Shown: positions 1 through 8,475, counted from the stretch's first letter. The stretch is 64,000 nt of DNA from Minisyncoccota bacterium (GCA_036517115.1 DATDYB010000023.1:2839-66838), one strand, 5' to 3'. Program-made: numbers and translations. Notes: a model not told the origin generated them from the letters alone.

Positions 1-557
1 CGCTCTTCTCCCGAAGGAGTTTTCGGCACAATGGCGCGGATGGCAATGTTTTTGCTTGCGCGGCGTTTGTAATAGGAGGGAAAATAGTTTGGCAAGCCTT
101 TGTGCATGTCGTCCACATTAGCGTACGCCCGAATCGGTTCGTGTGAGGTGAGTGTATCTTCGTAGACATGCTTCAGTCCTTCGCTCCCTTCATAAAATTT
201 AATTTTTGGACGGTTTTGTGTGGCGTGGACCAGGCGCAACTCGGGCACCAGTGCCTCCGCTTTTTTCATCTGTTCGCGCGTTTCTTCAATTTTATTTTTC
301 AAATACTCGACGACCGCTTCGGGTGGCTCAACAGCGTATTCCTGTTTAGGCTCCTTACCCGATACATTAACCAAGCTTTTATTCGATAGGGAATCGAGGA
401 TGTCGTATCCAGTTGTGCGATTAATCCCCGCTTTTCGACTGATTTGCGTAACCGTTCCCTTGCCCAACTCCAAAAGACCAATATATACCGTGGTCTCCTT
501 TTCGCTCAGCCCAAATGACTGTAGCTGTAGCTTTAATTCACTATTCGAATCCTTCAT
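1..557 (-). CDS. TrmB-family HTH transcriptional regulator (C-terminal part lies beyond the window start)
   Basis: Absent from the ORF track because it is open at the window edge. The minus-strand ATG at 557-555 gives MKDSNSELKLQLQSFGLSEKETTVYIGLLELGKGTVTQISRKAGINRTTGYDILDSLSNKSLV..., the winged-helix N-terminus typical of TrmB-type regulators. The frame stays open to nt 1. Confidence 0.75.
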   Translation of the reverse strand, partial: MKDSNSELKLQLQSFGLSEKETTVYIGLLELGKGTVTQISRKAGINRTTGYDILDSLSNKSLVNVSGKEPKQEYAVEPPEAVVEYLKNKIEETREQMKKAEALVPELRLVHATQNRPKIKFYEGSEGLKHVYEDTLTSHEPIRAYANVDDMHKGLPNYFPSYYKRRASKNIAIRAIVPKTPSGEE

Positions 558-673
558 GTCGCAATTGTATTCCCCAAATGTATTTGTGTCAATTTTTTTC
601 CACAAAATAATGTTAATGGTGCTAAATATATTGCAAAAATTAGGTATCTCGACTATTTTATTGACGATTATGA

Positions 674-702
674 TTGACAATTAAGCTCAAGCATGGTATG
701 AT
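674..702 (+). promoter_or_regulatory. sigma70-like promoter TTGACA-17 nt-TATGAT with TGn extension
   Basis: TTGACA at 674-679, a 17-nt spacer, TGg then TATGAT at 697-702. It lies about 45 nt upstream of the ATG at 749 and is divergent from the TrmB gene. Confidence 0.45.
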
Positions 703-748
703 TATTGCAGAAAGTTCCAAACAACCAAAACAAAAAAGAAAGGAAAGT

Positions 749-1240
749 ATGAAAACAGCAACACCTACTAAACTTCAATTGATATCAGAAGGATGGACAG
801 CAGCAGACTATCTCGTTGAATTCAAGCGATTGGGTATTTGCGTATGTTCAACAACGGAAGCGGTAATACTCAAAGGTTTTGATGGGTCAAAAAATGGAAC
901 AATCTTCGATGTCACGGTAATGCAAAGTTGTGATGAGAAAGAGGGGGTTACACTCCTATCCATTTATCACAAAATGGATGATCAAAGTCTTTGGGAACCG
1001 CCTCTCGAGGTAGCTTTGCTCCTTAGAAAACGACTATCGGATGGAGATGTGGAAGATATGGGACTTAAATCCATCGAGGTGCTTCATAGGCCAGTAACCT
1101 TGGATCGTGCCAGTAAGATCCCAGGAATGTTTCACCTGACGCTTTCGAAAGGAGAAATTGGTGTCAGTGGTACCCATTCTTTCGGTACACGCTACCCAAA
1201 AGATGGGATTGCGGTACTTAATCGGAATGTACGGCAGTAG
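749..1240 (+). CDS. hypothetical protein (163 aa)
   Basis: ORF 674-1240. The internal ATG at 749 is preceded by AAAGGAAAG and lies downstream of the predicted promoter. No domain recognised. A terminator follows. Confidence 0.55.
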   Translation: MKTATPTKLQLISEGWTAADYLVEFKRLGICVCSTTEAVILKGFDGSKNGTIFDVTVMQSCDEKEGVTLLSIYHKMDDQSLWEPPLEVALLLRKRLSDGDVEDMGLKSIEVLHRPVTLDRASKIPGMFHLTLSKGEIGVSGTHSFGTRYPKDGIAVLNRNVRQ

Positions 1241-1343
1241 GTCTGCCAAGCGCACAAGAGAGAGGCGCATCACAAACTCTCTCAAAGCCCCATAAAGGGA
1301 CTATCGATTTGTAACCAATCGCTTCGCTTTTGGACAAATCGTG

Positions 1344-1375
1344 AGCCTCGCACAATGCGGGGCTTTTCTATTTTT
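1344..1375 (+). terminator. intrinsic terminator
   Basis: agcctcgca-caa-tgcggggct gives a 9-bp stem with one G-U pair, followed by tttctattttt. Confidence 0.6.
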
Positions 1376-1397
1376 CGTGTGATACAATTTCTATATT

Positions 1398-1536
1398 ATG
1401 ACTGATGCGGAAACTACAAAAATCGTGATGTTCAAGGGCGTGAAGGTGCGGAAGACGCTGCATCACGGAGATGGGCAGTGAACTCGTGACATTTTGTCAC
1501 GAGTTGAAAGTGGGAGGTACGACCGGTAAGAGATAA
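1398..1536 (+). pseudogene. degraded fragment of a Bro-N/antirepressor-like gene
   Basis: ATG at 1398 gives MTDAETTKIVMFKGVKVRKTLHHGDGQ-stop. A shifted frame continues GSELVTFCHELKVGGTTGKR-stop. Both pieces resemble, from memory, the N-terminal (F-x-G-x-x-(I/V)-R-K-T-(I/L)-H) and mid (GSE(L/V)VTNC(H/N)QLK) parts of a protein family common in CPR genomes, with the middle and C-terminus missing. Confidence 0.35.
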
Positions 1537-1616
1537 ACGAAGTTTCAAAGGGTAAGTACAAACTGCACTACTCCTTCGTTCATGAATCAGTCATCGACAA
1601 GCTGTCGATGACTGAT

Positions 1617-1880
1617 CTATCGGTAGATGTCTTTGCGGTGTTTGACGTGGAGAAGCAGAATCTCGCGCGGAGCAAGGAATTTGAACATCACGCGCCAATC
1701 ACGAGTGATCCGAAAAGAGAACACTCCCTCAAATGGTTCCTTTAGTTTTTTAATATGTAGTCTGGGATCAAACGGGTCACGTTGTAGAAATTCAAGTAAA
1801 ATAGCAAGCTTAACTCTGACATCCTTTGGAGTATCTTTAACATCTTTTTCAAACTTCGGTCCTCCTAACAGACGAATCAT
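1617..1880 (-). CDS. RelE/ParE-family type II toxin
   Basis: 87 aa. The sequence ...FSFRITRDWRVMFKFLAPREILLLHVKHRKDIYR matches the RelE/ParE C-terminal pattern (R-(I/V)-x-x-(D/Y)-(W/Y)-R-V ... H-R-K-D-I-Y). It overlaps the upstream small gene by 4 bp. Confidence 0.7.
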   Translation of the reverse strand: MIRLLGGPKFEKDVKDTPKDVRVKLAILLEFLQRDPFDPRLHIKKLKEPFEGVFSFRITRDWRVMFKFLAPREILLLHVKHRKDIYR

Positions 1881-2098
1881 TTGGTTCGATGAATTCGACT
1901 AAGAAATTCTTTCGCATTCTTAAATTCACTTACAGGTGTGGCAGTTTGAGCGTCATGAAGAAGTTCCTTTATAAATTCAGGTTTGTATTCTCCCTCCTTG
2001 TCTACCTCTATATTCGCCATACCAAAGACGAAAGAACGAAGCACGCTTACTTCGTGCGCGAGTTCTTTGAGAGTTGGAGTTTTTGCTTTCTTTTTCAT
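1877..2098 (-). CDS. putative cognate antitoxin (73 aa)
   Basis: A small acidic/basic protein immediately upstream of the toxin with an ATGA overlap. The family was not recognised. Confidence 0.5.
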   Translation of the reverse strand: MKKKAKTPTLKELAHEVSVLRSFVFGMANIEVDKEGEYKPEFIKELLHDAQTATPVSEFKNAKEFLSRIHRTK

Positions 2099-2104
2099 AC
2101 CAAA

Positions 2105-2133
2105 ACTATAACGGAAATGAGAGAGAAATTCAA
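2105..2133 (-). promoter_or_regulatory. promoter TTGAAT-17 nt-TATAGT, with the -10 box ending 6 nt before the antitoxin ATG
   Basis: The minus strand reads TTGAATttctctctcatttccgtTATAGTtttggtATG. This implies a leaderless transcript. Confidence 0.5.
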
Positions 2134-2170
2134 ATCCCCCGCAGTTCGCTCACGCGAACTGCGGGGGATT
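2133..2170 (-). terminator. rny terminator hairpin
   Basis: A perfect 17-bp stem (aatcccccgcagttcgc / gcgaactgcgggggatt) with a 4-nt loop, about 40 nt downstream of the rny stop, followed on the minus strand by tttgaatttc. Confidence 0.6.
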
Positions 2171-2211
2171 CTATCTTACAAACTTTACGCCTTTATAAAC
2201 CTTACGGACTA

Positions 2212-3741
2212 TTATCGTGCCACCTCAATGGAGCGGGATTCGCGGATGACGTTTACTTTGATCTCACCCGGATATTTGAGTTCGTTTTCGACACGTAGGG
2301 CGATGTCGCGGGCCATTTTCTTGGCTTCAAGATCACTGATTTGTTCTGGAGTGACAAAGATACGGATTTCACGGCCTGCCTGGAGAGCGTAGGATTTCTC
2401 AACGCCTTTGAATGAATTAGCGATTGCTTCCAAATCTTGCAGACGTTTCAAATAGTTTTCAACGGAATCCCTACGAGCACCTGGGCGAGAACCGGAAATG
2501 GCATCCGCCACCTGCACGATGATGGATTCCACAGTTTCATAGGGATATTCTTCGTGATGGGCCTGCATTGCCTTCACAATATCTTCGTGCGCACCGAATT
2601 TCTGGAGGATTCTTCGGCCGATTTCTACGTGCGTGCCAACCACTTCGTGGTCAACCGCTTTGCCGATGTCGTGAAGGAGAGCTCCTGCCTTTGCGACGCC
2701 AACATTCGCACCGAGCTCCTCAGCGAGCATGCCCGCAAGGTGCGCCATTTCTATTGAGTGTTGCAACACATTTTGACCGTAACTGGTACGGAAATGAAGG
2801 CGGCCTACAATTGAAATGATGCGAGGATCCAAGTTGAAAACGCCGCATTCATACGCTGCAGCTTCACCTTTTTCTTTAATAGTTTTATTAATATCTTGCT
2901 GCGCCTTCTCGACAATCTTTTCGATCTTGGCGGGTTGAATACGGCCGTCTTTGATAAGCTCTTCAAGCGCCATGCGTGCCACTTGGCGACGGACAGGGTC
3001 GAACGAGGAGATGGTGATGGTGCCTGGGGTGTCGTCAACAATAACCTCCACACCCGTCATGCGTTCAAATGCTTTGATGTTTCGCCCTTCCTTACCGATG
3101 ATTTTGCCCTTTATGTCATCTGAGGGGATGGGTACTGAGGTAGACATAACGTCTCCTGCGACGGAGGATGCGAGCCTCTGAATGGTGGTGCTTAGGATAT
3201 CTTTTGCTCGTCGTTCGAGTTTCTCCTGTCCGGTAGTCTCGATCTTTCGAAGCCGATTCATGATGTCCTCCTCAAACTTTTGTTCTAGAACGCGGAAAAG
3301 TTCTGCTTTCGCCTCATCTTGTTTCAGGCCAGAAATTCTCTCCAGGGCGTCTTTGCGATCACCTTCGAGTTTAACTGCTTTTTCTCGGATCTCTTTGATT
3401 TCGGTGATTTTTACCTTGATTTCCTCAACCTCTTTATCCAAATCCACTTGTCGTTTGTCGAGTAAGTCTTCTTTTTTAATGAGGCGATTTTCAGTTTGTT
3501 TTAGTTTTTCGTCTTTTTCTCTGACTTCAAGGCGGGCTTCCTGCACTGTTTCGTTCGCCTTTCCTTCTGCTTCGGCGGTAATTTTCTTTGCTTCTTCTTT
3601 TGCCTCAAGCATCATTTGCTTGATTTCAAGCTCGACAGAACCCTTTTTTCCGAGGGAAATGATGAGCCGTAAGAAGTAGCCAAGCGCGACGCCTACCAAG
3701 CTTCCGAAGCCGGCAAGCAGTAATGCTACTTTTAATGACAT
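2212..3741 (-). CDS. rny: ribonuclease Y
   Basis: 509 aa with an N-terminal TM segment, a long coiled coil, a KH domain (GKIIGKEGRNIKAFERMTGVEVIVDD) and an HD domain (LLHDIGKAVDHE). Confidence 0.95.
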   Translation of the reverse strand: MSLKVALLLAGFGSLVGVALGYFLRLIISLGKKGSVELEIKQMMLEAKEEAKKITAEAEGKANETVQEARLEVREKDEKLKQTENRLIKKEDLLDKRQVDLDKEVEEIKVKITEIKEIREKAVKLEGDRKDALERISGLKQDEAKAELFRVLEQKFEEDIMNRLRKIETTGQEKLERRAKDILSTTIQRLASSVAGDVMSTSVPIPSDDIKGKIIGKEGRNIKAFERMTGVEVIVDDTPGTITISSFDPVRRQVARMALEELIKDGRIQPAKIEKIVEKAQQDINKTIKEKGEAAAYECGVFNLDPRIISIVGRLHFRTSYGQNVLQHSIEMAHLAGMLAEELGANVGVAKAGALLHDIGKAVDHEVVGTHVEIGRRILQKFGAHEDIVKAMQAHHEEYPYETVESIIVQVADAISGSRPGARRDSVENYLKRLQDLEAIANSFKGVEKSYALQAGREIRIFVTPEQISDLEAKKMARDIALRVENELKYPGEIKVNVIRESRSIEVAR

Positions 3742-3925
3742 GTTCTAATGTGTTCGCTTTTGCTCCGACTTCGTCACAGTAATAAAGGTAGTGTTGGTCA
3801 TGGTGGGGAGGTATCTTCGTCGATTATTATGTGTAGGGTCAAATTTAGGCGAACACGAATTTAAATCCAGTAATGCCCTCATCGTACAGTAATGAAGCGT
3901 GAATGTCGAGTTTGATTTCAGAAAG

Positions 3926-3959
3926 CAAAAAGCCCATACAGTGACGTGCTGTATGAGCT
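3926..3959 (-). terminator. clpP terminator
   Basis: The minus strand reads agctcatacag-cacgtca-ctgtatgggct followed by ttttt. Confidence 0.6.
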
Positions 3960-3979
3960 TTTTAATCATGGAATGTTGC

Positions 3980-4552
3980 CTAAATTACTTTGTCGACGAC
4001 ACCGTATTTTTTAGCCTCTTCAGCACTCATATAGTAGTCTCGATCGACATCCTTCTCAACCTTGGCGAAAGGCTGGCCGGTATTTTTTGAAAGGATCTTA
4101 TTGACGTTCTCGCGGATTTTAAGGATTTGCTTCGCGGTGATCTCGATGTCTGTTGCCTGCCCTTGTACACCTCCTAGCGGCTGATGGATCATCACTTCAG
4201 CGTTCGGCAGAGCGTAACGCTTGCCTTTTGCTCCAGCTGAAAGAAGTAGTGCGGCAGCGGAAGCAGCAAGTCCCACGCACACCGTCGAAACGTCATTTTT
4301 GATGTGGTTCATGGTATCGAGAATGGCCATGGCAGCAGTGACAGATCCGCCGGGGGAGTTGATGTAGAGGGAGATATCTTTTTTTGAATCTTCTGATTGA
4401 AGGAAGAGGAGCTGAGCGATGACGATGTTTGCGGTGTCATCGTCGATAGGGCCACCAAGAAAGACGATGTTCTCGCGCAAAAGTCGCGAGTAGATATCGT
4501 ATGCTCGTTCTCCGAATTGAGATTTTTCGATGACGGTGGGGATGAGGTTCAT
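3980..4552 (-). CDS. clpP: ATP-dependent Clp protease proteolytic subunit
   Basis: 190 aa, with [34 protein letters not shown] and MIHQPLGG motifs. Confidence 0.95.
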   Translation of the reverse strand: MNLIPTVIEKSQFGERAYDIYSRLLRENIVFLGGPIDDDTANIVIAQLLFLQSEDSKKDISLYINSPGGSVTAAMAILDTMNHIKNDVSTVCVGLAASAAALLLSAGAKGKRYALPNAEVMIHQPLGGVQGQATDIEITAKQILKIRENVNKILSKNTGQPFAKVEKDVDRDYYMSAEEAKKYGVVDKVI

Positions 4553-4759
4553 ATTTTTAAATGTAAAGTTAAAAGTGAAAAATTAAAAGTTATAAAGTGA
4601 GTATAGCAAAAGGGGATAGGTTTGACAATACTTTTGATGCGTGATATTTTAAGTCGCGAATCGTTCTTTGCATATGGATTGTAGAGACGGCAAAACAACC
4701 GGTGATCCTTGTTAACACAGTGTTGTTGGCGAGTCTAACCAAACAGAGAAAGGAAGATT

Positions 4760-5641
4760 GTGAATACACAATCAACGTTAGTAGTATCCCGCAGAAAGCA
4801 GTTCGCCAGTTATGAAGATAAACCTCTTCCCGTGCTCGACGTGCCGGCGCGGCATCTCACGCCGGGTATTCAGGCACTCTCCGAACTCGGTATTACCACT
4901 AAAGACTGGGAGGCGATTTCCGATGCGAACAGTCCGCTTGCCAAAAGGGTGGCGCGTGCATGGAAAGTAGGGGGATGGTCACTCACCGAGTCTGAAAGCT
5001 TGGCCATCGATCTCCTCGGTACTGATCGAGTGCTTTTGGCACCCGATGTCGCTGAAGTGCAAGACCAATCACCCCAGCCATTTTCTTCGAGAAAAATTCC
5101 CTACTCTGCTGAGACACTCCGCCAGGCAAGTCTCGCTAACGAACATGACAAAGCGGAATGGAGACTTACCTACTGCCTCGGTTTGTCTCCACGACAAGTT
5201 CTCGGTCGGGTGCTCAAGGCTGGGTTGCATGTAGATAGCGAGCATCAGTCGGCGATTAGCATGTGGGAGAAGTACTACCGCTCCACATATCTTGCTGGAT
5301 ACTATCTGGTCGATTGGACCATGCACTATTATGTCAAAGAGAACCACCAACCCTATCGGTGGGATGAGCAAGAAGACGAGATTGCGAAGCTCCCTGAACA
5401 GACCCTTCGAGCGCCGGCGGCGATGATGCTCGAGACATGGGCAAGCTACGCGCTCGTGACCGGGCACCCGAAATGGAATCAGTACTGCTGTTTGCATGGC
5501 ACACGAATTGAAACCATGGAAGAGGGTCCGCAAAAGTTCCTCTCTATATATCCTGGCGAGGGGGCGATCCCTAGAGTGCGTGTCTGTGAAGAAAAAGAAT
5601 TTCACAGCGGCGTCGTATTGCTCCGGAAACCTGATTTCTAA
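4760..5641 (+). CDS. hypothetical protein (293 aa), orphan
   Basis: GTG start preceded by AAAGGAAG, with its own terminator. Visibly GC-richer than its neighbours. No domain recognised. Confidence 0.6.
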   Translation: MNTQSTLVVSRRKQFASYEDKPLPVLDVPARHLTPGIQALSELGITTKDWEAISDANSPLAKRVARAWKVGGWSLTESESLAIDLLGTDRVLLAPDVAEVQDQSPQPFSSRKIPYSAETLRQASLANEHDKAEWRLTYCLGLSPRQVLGRVLKAGLHVDSEHQSAISMWEKYYRSTYLAGYYLVDWTMHYYVKENHQPYRWDEQEDEIAKLPEQTLRAPAAMMLETWASYALVTGHPKWNQYCCLHGTRIETMEEGPQKFLSIYPGEGAIPRVRVCEEKEFHSGVVLLRKPDF

Positions 5642-5656
5642 TTTTAATCACTACAT

Positions 5657-5689
5657 GTCCTGTCGCAGGTGCGACGGGACTTTTTCTTT
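5657..5689 (+). terminator. intrinsic terminator
   Basis: gtcctgtcgc-aggt-gcgacgggac gives a 10-bp stem with one G-U pair, followed by tttttctttg. Confidence 0.65.
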
Positions 5690-5735
5690 GCAAAAAAATT
5701 CTGGAGTGCTACTCTTCTATACAGAAAGGTTTGAT

Positions 5736-5939
5736 ATGGCAAGTAAACTTAAAAAGATCGGACCAGGTACTTACGCGGTTACTTACGCGGTGCCGCCCAA
5801 CAAGTATGGCGTCTTCGCGATGCACGACAGCTCCGCCCCTTCTCCAAGGAGCGAAATTAAAAGGGTGATCAATGGACCAATCGCCGCGACGCGACGAAAA
5901 CTGATCGCTCGTTCAGAAAGAATGAAGAAAAAAACGTAA
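5736..5939 (+). CDS. small hypothetical protein (67 aa)
   Basis: ATG at 5736 preceded by AGAAAGG. Begins MASKLKKIGPGTYAVTYAVPPNKYG... A dedicated terminator lies downstream. Confidence 0.4.
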   Translation: MASKLKKIGPGTYAVTYAVPPNKYGVFAMHDSSAPSPRSEIKRVINGPIAATRRKLIARSERMKKKT

Positions 5940-5946
5940 AATGTAT

Positions 5947-5971
5947 ACTCCGAATTTTTCGGAGTTTTTTG
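5947..5971 (+). terminator. intrinsic terminator
   Basis: actccgaa-ttt-ttcggagt followed by tttttg. Confidence 0.65.
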
Positions 5972-6010
5972 TACTTGCCTTGGTGGCACACTTTTGATAC
6001 ACTTAGATAT

Positions 6011-6238
6011 ATGGCTACCAGCAAAAAAAGAATCAACATAAGTGTCTCGAAAGACATGGAAAAAGCCTTAACGATACTTGCTGAAAGGGACGATGTACCT
6101 CAAGCTACCAAAGCATCGGAGCTTCTCGCGCAAGCTATCGAAATAGAAGAGGATGCGGTATGGGAGATGGTTGTTAAGGAACGCATGCGAAAACCTCGCT
6201 TCGTATCACACGAAGAAGCGTGGAATATTAAAAAATGA
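6011..6238 (+). CDS. ribbon-helix-helix (CopG/RelB-like) antitoxin
   Basis: MATSKKRINISVSKDMEKALTILAERDDVPQATKASELL... matches the RHH pattern. It overlaps the toxin by ATGA. TTGCCT-17-TACACT ends 7 nt before the ATG. Confidence 0.65.
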   Translation: MATSKKRINISVSKDMEKALTILAERDDVPQATKASELLAQAIEIEEDAVWEMVVKERMRKPRFVSHEEAWNIKK

Positions 6239-6528
6239 ACACTCGATTTTCCATTCGCTACCACTATCAGGTGATGGAGGATGATATTCCGAGTCTCTCA
6301 CGTGAATGGAACGCACGCATCAGAGAGACAGTTGAAAAAAAGCTAACCAACCATCCCGAAGTTTTCGGAAAACCTTTACAGCGATCTCTTGCAAGTTGTA
6401 GAAAACTACGGGTGGGAGATTACCGAGTTATTTTCACGATCTCAAAAACAGAGGTGAAGGTGTGGGCTATCGGACATCGGAGTACTATTTATGGGATTGC
6501 GGAAAAAAGAATTAACAAATTTTTATAA
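6235..6528 (+). CDS. RelE/ParE-family type II toxin
   Basis: 97 aa. ...HPEVFGKPLQRSLASCRKLRVGDYRVIFTISKTEVKVWAIGHRSTIY is the classic RelE/ParE signature. Confidence 0.75.
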   Translation: MNTRFSIRYHYQVMEDDIPSLSREWNARIRETVEKKLTNHPEVFGKPLQRSLASCRKLRVGDYRVIFTISKTEVKVWAIGHRSTIYGIAEKRINKFL

Positions 6529-7232
6529 TGCGACTACATCGATTCTTCATCACCCCTCCCTCTCAGCCGATAACAGTGGGAGAAAAAATTGAGGTTACGG
6601 ATGCTGCACTGATCCATCAGTGGCGGAAGGTTTTTCGTTTTAAGGGAGCACGTGAAACCGTTATTTTGCTTCCTAATTCAGGCGTGGAACTTGTTTCGGA
6701 AGTTGTATCGATTGATGATAAAAAAGCTGTCGTTGAAATTGTTGCGTCGAACACTAAGGAAACACGTCAAAAGAAAATAGTATTGTTTCAGTCGATCATC
6801 AAAGGAGATCATTTTGAATTAGTGCTCGAGAAATGCACCGAACTCGGCGTTTCACATTTCGTGCCGATCGTCGCAGAGCGAAGTGAAAAGAAAAATATAA
6901 ATTTAGAGCGCGCGAAAAAAATTGTGAAAGAAGCGAGCGAGCAGTCGGGGAAAACAATACTCCCTATCGTTGATGATGTTGTGACACTTGAAAAGGTGTT
7001 AAACATTTTCACAGTTCCCTCTATCGCTCTTGATTTCTCTGATCAGAGAATCGACGCTAAAAACTTTTCACAAAAGGAGCTTGGAATTTTTGTTGGGCCT
7101 GAAGGAGGATGGACTGATCGCGAGCGGGAATTTTTTAAAACAAAAAATGTTTCTATGGTTTCGCTCGGAGAACAAGTTCTTCGTAGCGAAACTGCGGCCA
7201 TAGCTGTTTCAGCTTTACTACTCTTAAAATAA
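6528..7232 (+). CDS. rsmE: 16S rRNA (uracil1498-N3)-methyltransferase RsmE
   Basis: 234 aa with MRLHRFFI... at the N-terminus, a PUA-like N-domain, and a C-terminal GPEGGWTDRE...LGEQVLRSETAAI SPOUT motif. Confidence 0.85.
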   Translation: MRLHRFFITPPSQPITVGEKIEVTDAALIHQWRKVFRFKGARETVILLPNSGVELVSEVVSIDDKKAVVEIVASNTKETRQKKIVLFQSIIKGDHFELVLEKCTELGVSHFVPIVAERSEKKNINLERAKKIVKEASEQSGKTILPIVDDVVTLEKVLNIFTVPSIALDFSDQRIDAKNFSQKELGIFVGPEGGWTDREREFFKTKNVSMVSLGEQVLRSETAAIAVSALLLLK

Positions 7233-7258
7233 AAACCGACTTCAAAAAGTCGGTTTTT
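7231..7258. terminator. bidirectional terminator between rsmE and tig
   Basis: aaaaaccgact-tcaaaa-agtcggttttt, with A-run and T-run flanks on both strands. Confidence 0.7.
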
Positions 7259-7261
7259 ATT

Positions 7262-8320
7262 TTATTTCTTTCCCTCCAAAAAAGCAAAAACTTTTTCGTT
7301 AGCAAGTACAGTGCGAGCATAAACTCGAGCTCGTTCTTTGTCGACGTCAGGATAGTGAGCAGTCAACGTTGTTACTTCTTTTTCGATCTCGTCATCTGAA
7401 GGAATTAATTTTTCCTTGAGTGCGATCTCGTGGAGAATGAGTGAAAGCTTCGCGCGTTTTTCCGCGTCCTCCCTCCACTCCTTGCGTAAGTCATCTTCAG
7501 TTTTGTTAAGACGTTTCAAGTAGTCTTCTTGTTTGAGTCCCATGCGCACGAGGTCGTCTCTAAATTGGCCGAGCATTTTTGCAAGCTCGTGTTCAACTAA
7601 AAGATTTGGCACATCGATGGTTGATGCACTGATGATCGCTTCGACGATCTGGAGACGTTTTTTTTCCTTGGCTTTACGTTCCTTGTCCTCCTTCATGTTG
7701 GCGTGAAGTTTTTCTTTGAAGTCCCCGACATCTTTAAAGTCACCTAATGTTTTTATGAACTCATTGGTGAACTCTGGCATGTTGTGCTCCACTTCTTTGT
7801 CGTGTTCTTCTTTGCTTTTGCTGTGGTCGTGTTTTGAATGATCTACTCGGGATTTTCTAACCTCAAGAATGACATCATCGATTTCCTTATCAGTGACTTC
7901 GATCGGTGCATCTTTTTCTTTGTGTGCTTCCTGTGCGATTGATTGGTAATCGGCGAGGGTGATAGCAGGTTTCACTGCAACCTTAATAACAAACTCAAGA
8001 GGATTCCCAGGGGCTAGCTTAGTGATTCGGATTTCCGGTCGGTCAATTATTTCAAGCTTCTTTTCCTCGATGATGAGAGGATACACATCGGCGAGTGCAC
8101 GTTCTGCCATTTCCTCAAGAAGCGCCATTTCTCCCACATGCTTCATGAGGATGTTTTCAGGTACCTTACCCTGTCTGAAACCAGGAATAGTTACTTTGCC
8201 TGTCAGGTAGTCGACTGCTGCTTTACGATATGATGCGACACTTTCTGTAGGAATACTGCCTGAAATCTCTACTTCAGAATGCGGTAGGTTTTTAATTGAA
8301 AGATTGGTATATAGGTTCAT
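7262..8320 (-). CDS. tig: trigger factor lacking the PPIase domain
   Basis: The start is probably MNLYTNLSIK (ATG at 8320). The N-domain carries the ribosome-binding motif GFRQGKVP. The C-domain is PEFTNEFIKTLG...IDVPNLLVEHE. The two are joined by only about 22 aa of His/Lys-rich linker. Confidence 0.85.
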   Translation of the reverse strand: MNLYTNLSIKNLPHSEVEISGSIPTESVASYRKAAVDYLTGKVTIPGFRQGKVPENILMKHVGEMALLEEMAERALADVYPLIIEEKKLEIIDRPEIRITKLAPGNPLEFVIKVAVKPAITLADYQSIAQEAHKEKDAPIEVTDKEIDDVILEVRKSRVDHSKHDHSKSKEEHDKEVEHNMPEFTNEFIKTLGDFKDVGDFKEKLHANMKEDKERKAKEKKRLQIVEAIISASTIDVPNLLVEHELAKMLGQFRDDLVRMGLKQEDYLKRLNKTEDDLRKEWREDAEKRAKLSLILHEIALKEKLIPSDDEIEKEVTTLTAHYPDVDKERARVYARTVLANEKVFAFLEGKK

Positions 8321-8330
8321 AAAGTATAAA

Positions 8331-8432
8331 CATACCAATCAACGAATGATGCGAATTCAACGAATGGCTACGAATGCTTCTTCCGGAATTTGTAGCCATT
8401 AGTATATTTGTACTCATTCGTATATTAGTATG
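8331..8432. repeat. about 100-nt imperfect palindromic hairpin element, copy 1 (family shared with 58699-58792)
   Basis: The left arm cataccaatcaacgaatgatgcgaattcaacgaatggctacgaat pairs with the right arm aatttgtagccattagtatatttgtactcattcgtatattagtatg. It is built from TACGAAT/ATTCGTA units. Confidence 0.6.
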
Positions 8433-8475
8433 TGATTGAATTCCCAGTCTAACTTCTCAGAGCAAAATTAGCAAG

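Noticed and set aside
168-684. Plus-strand ORFs 168-389 and 220-684.
   Set aside because: They overlap the minus-strand TrmB-type regulator, whose translation has a clear HTH signature. The plus-strand products are featureless.
3182-3679. A 165-aa Ser/Phe-rich ORF on the plus strand inside rny.
   Set aside because: It is antisense to the Lys/Glu-rich coiled-coil region of RNase Y. Its composition is the complement of that bias.
5069-5605. A 178-aa minus-strand ORF opposite the 4760-5641 gene.
   Set aside because: The plus-strand ORF is longer and has an RBS and a terminator. The antisense ORF is Arg-rich, as expected for the reverse frame of a GC-rich gene.
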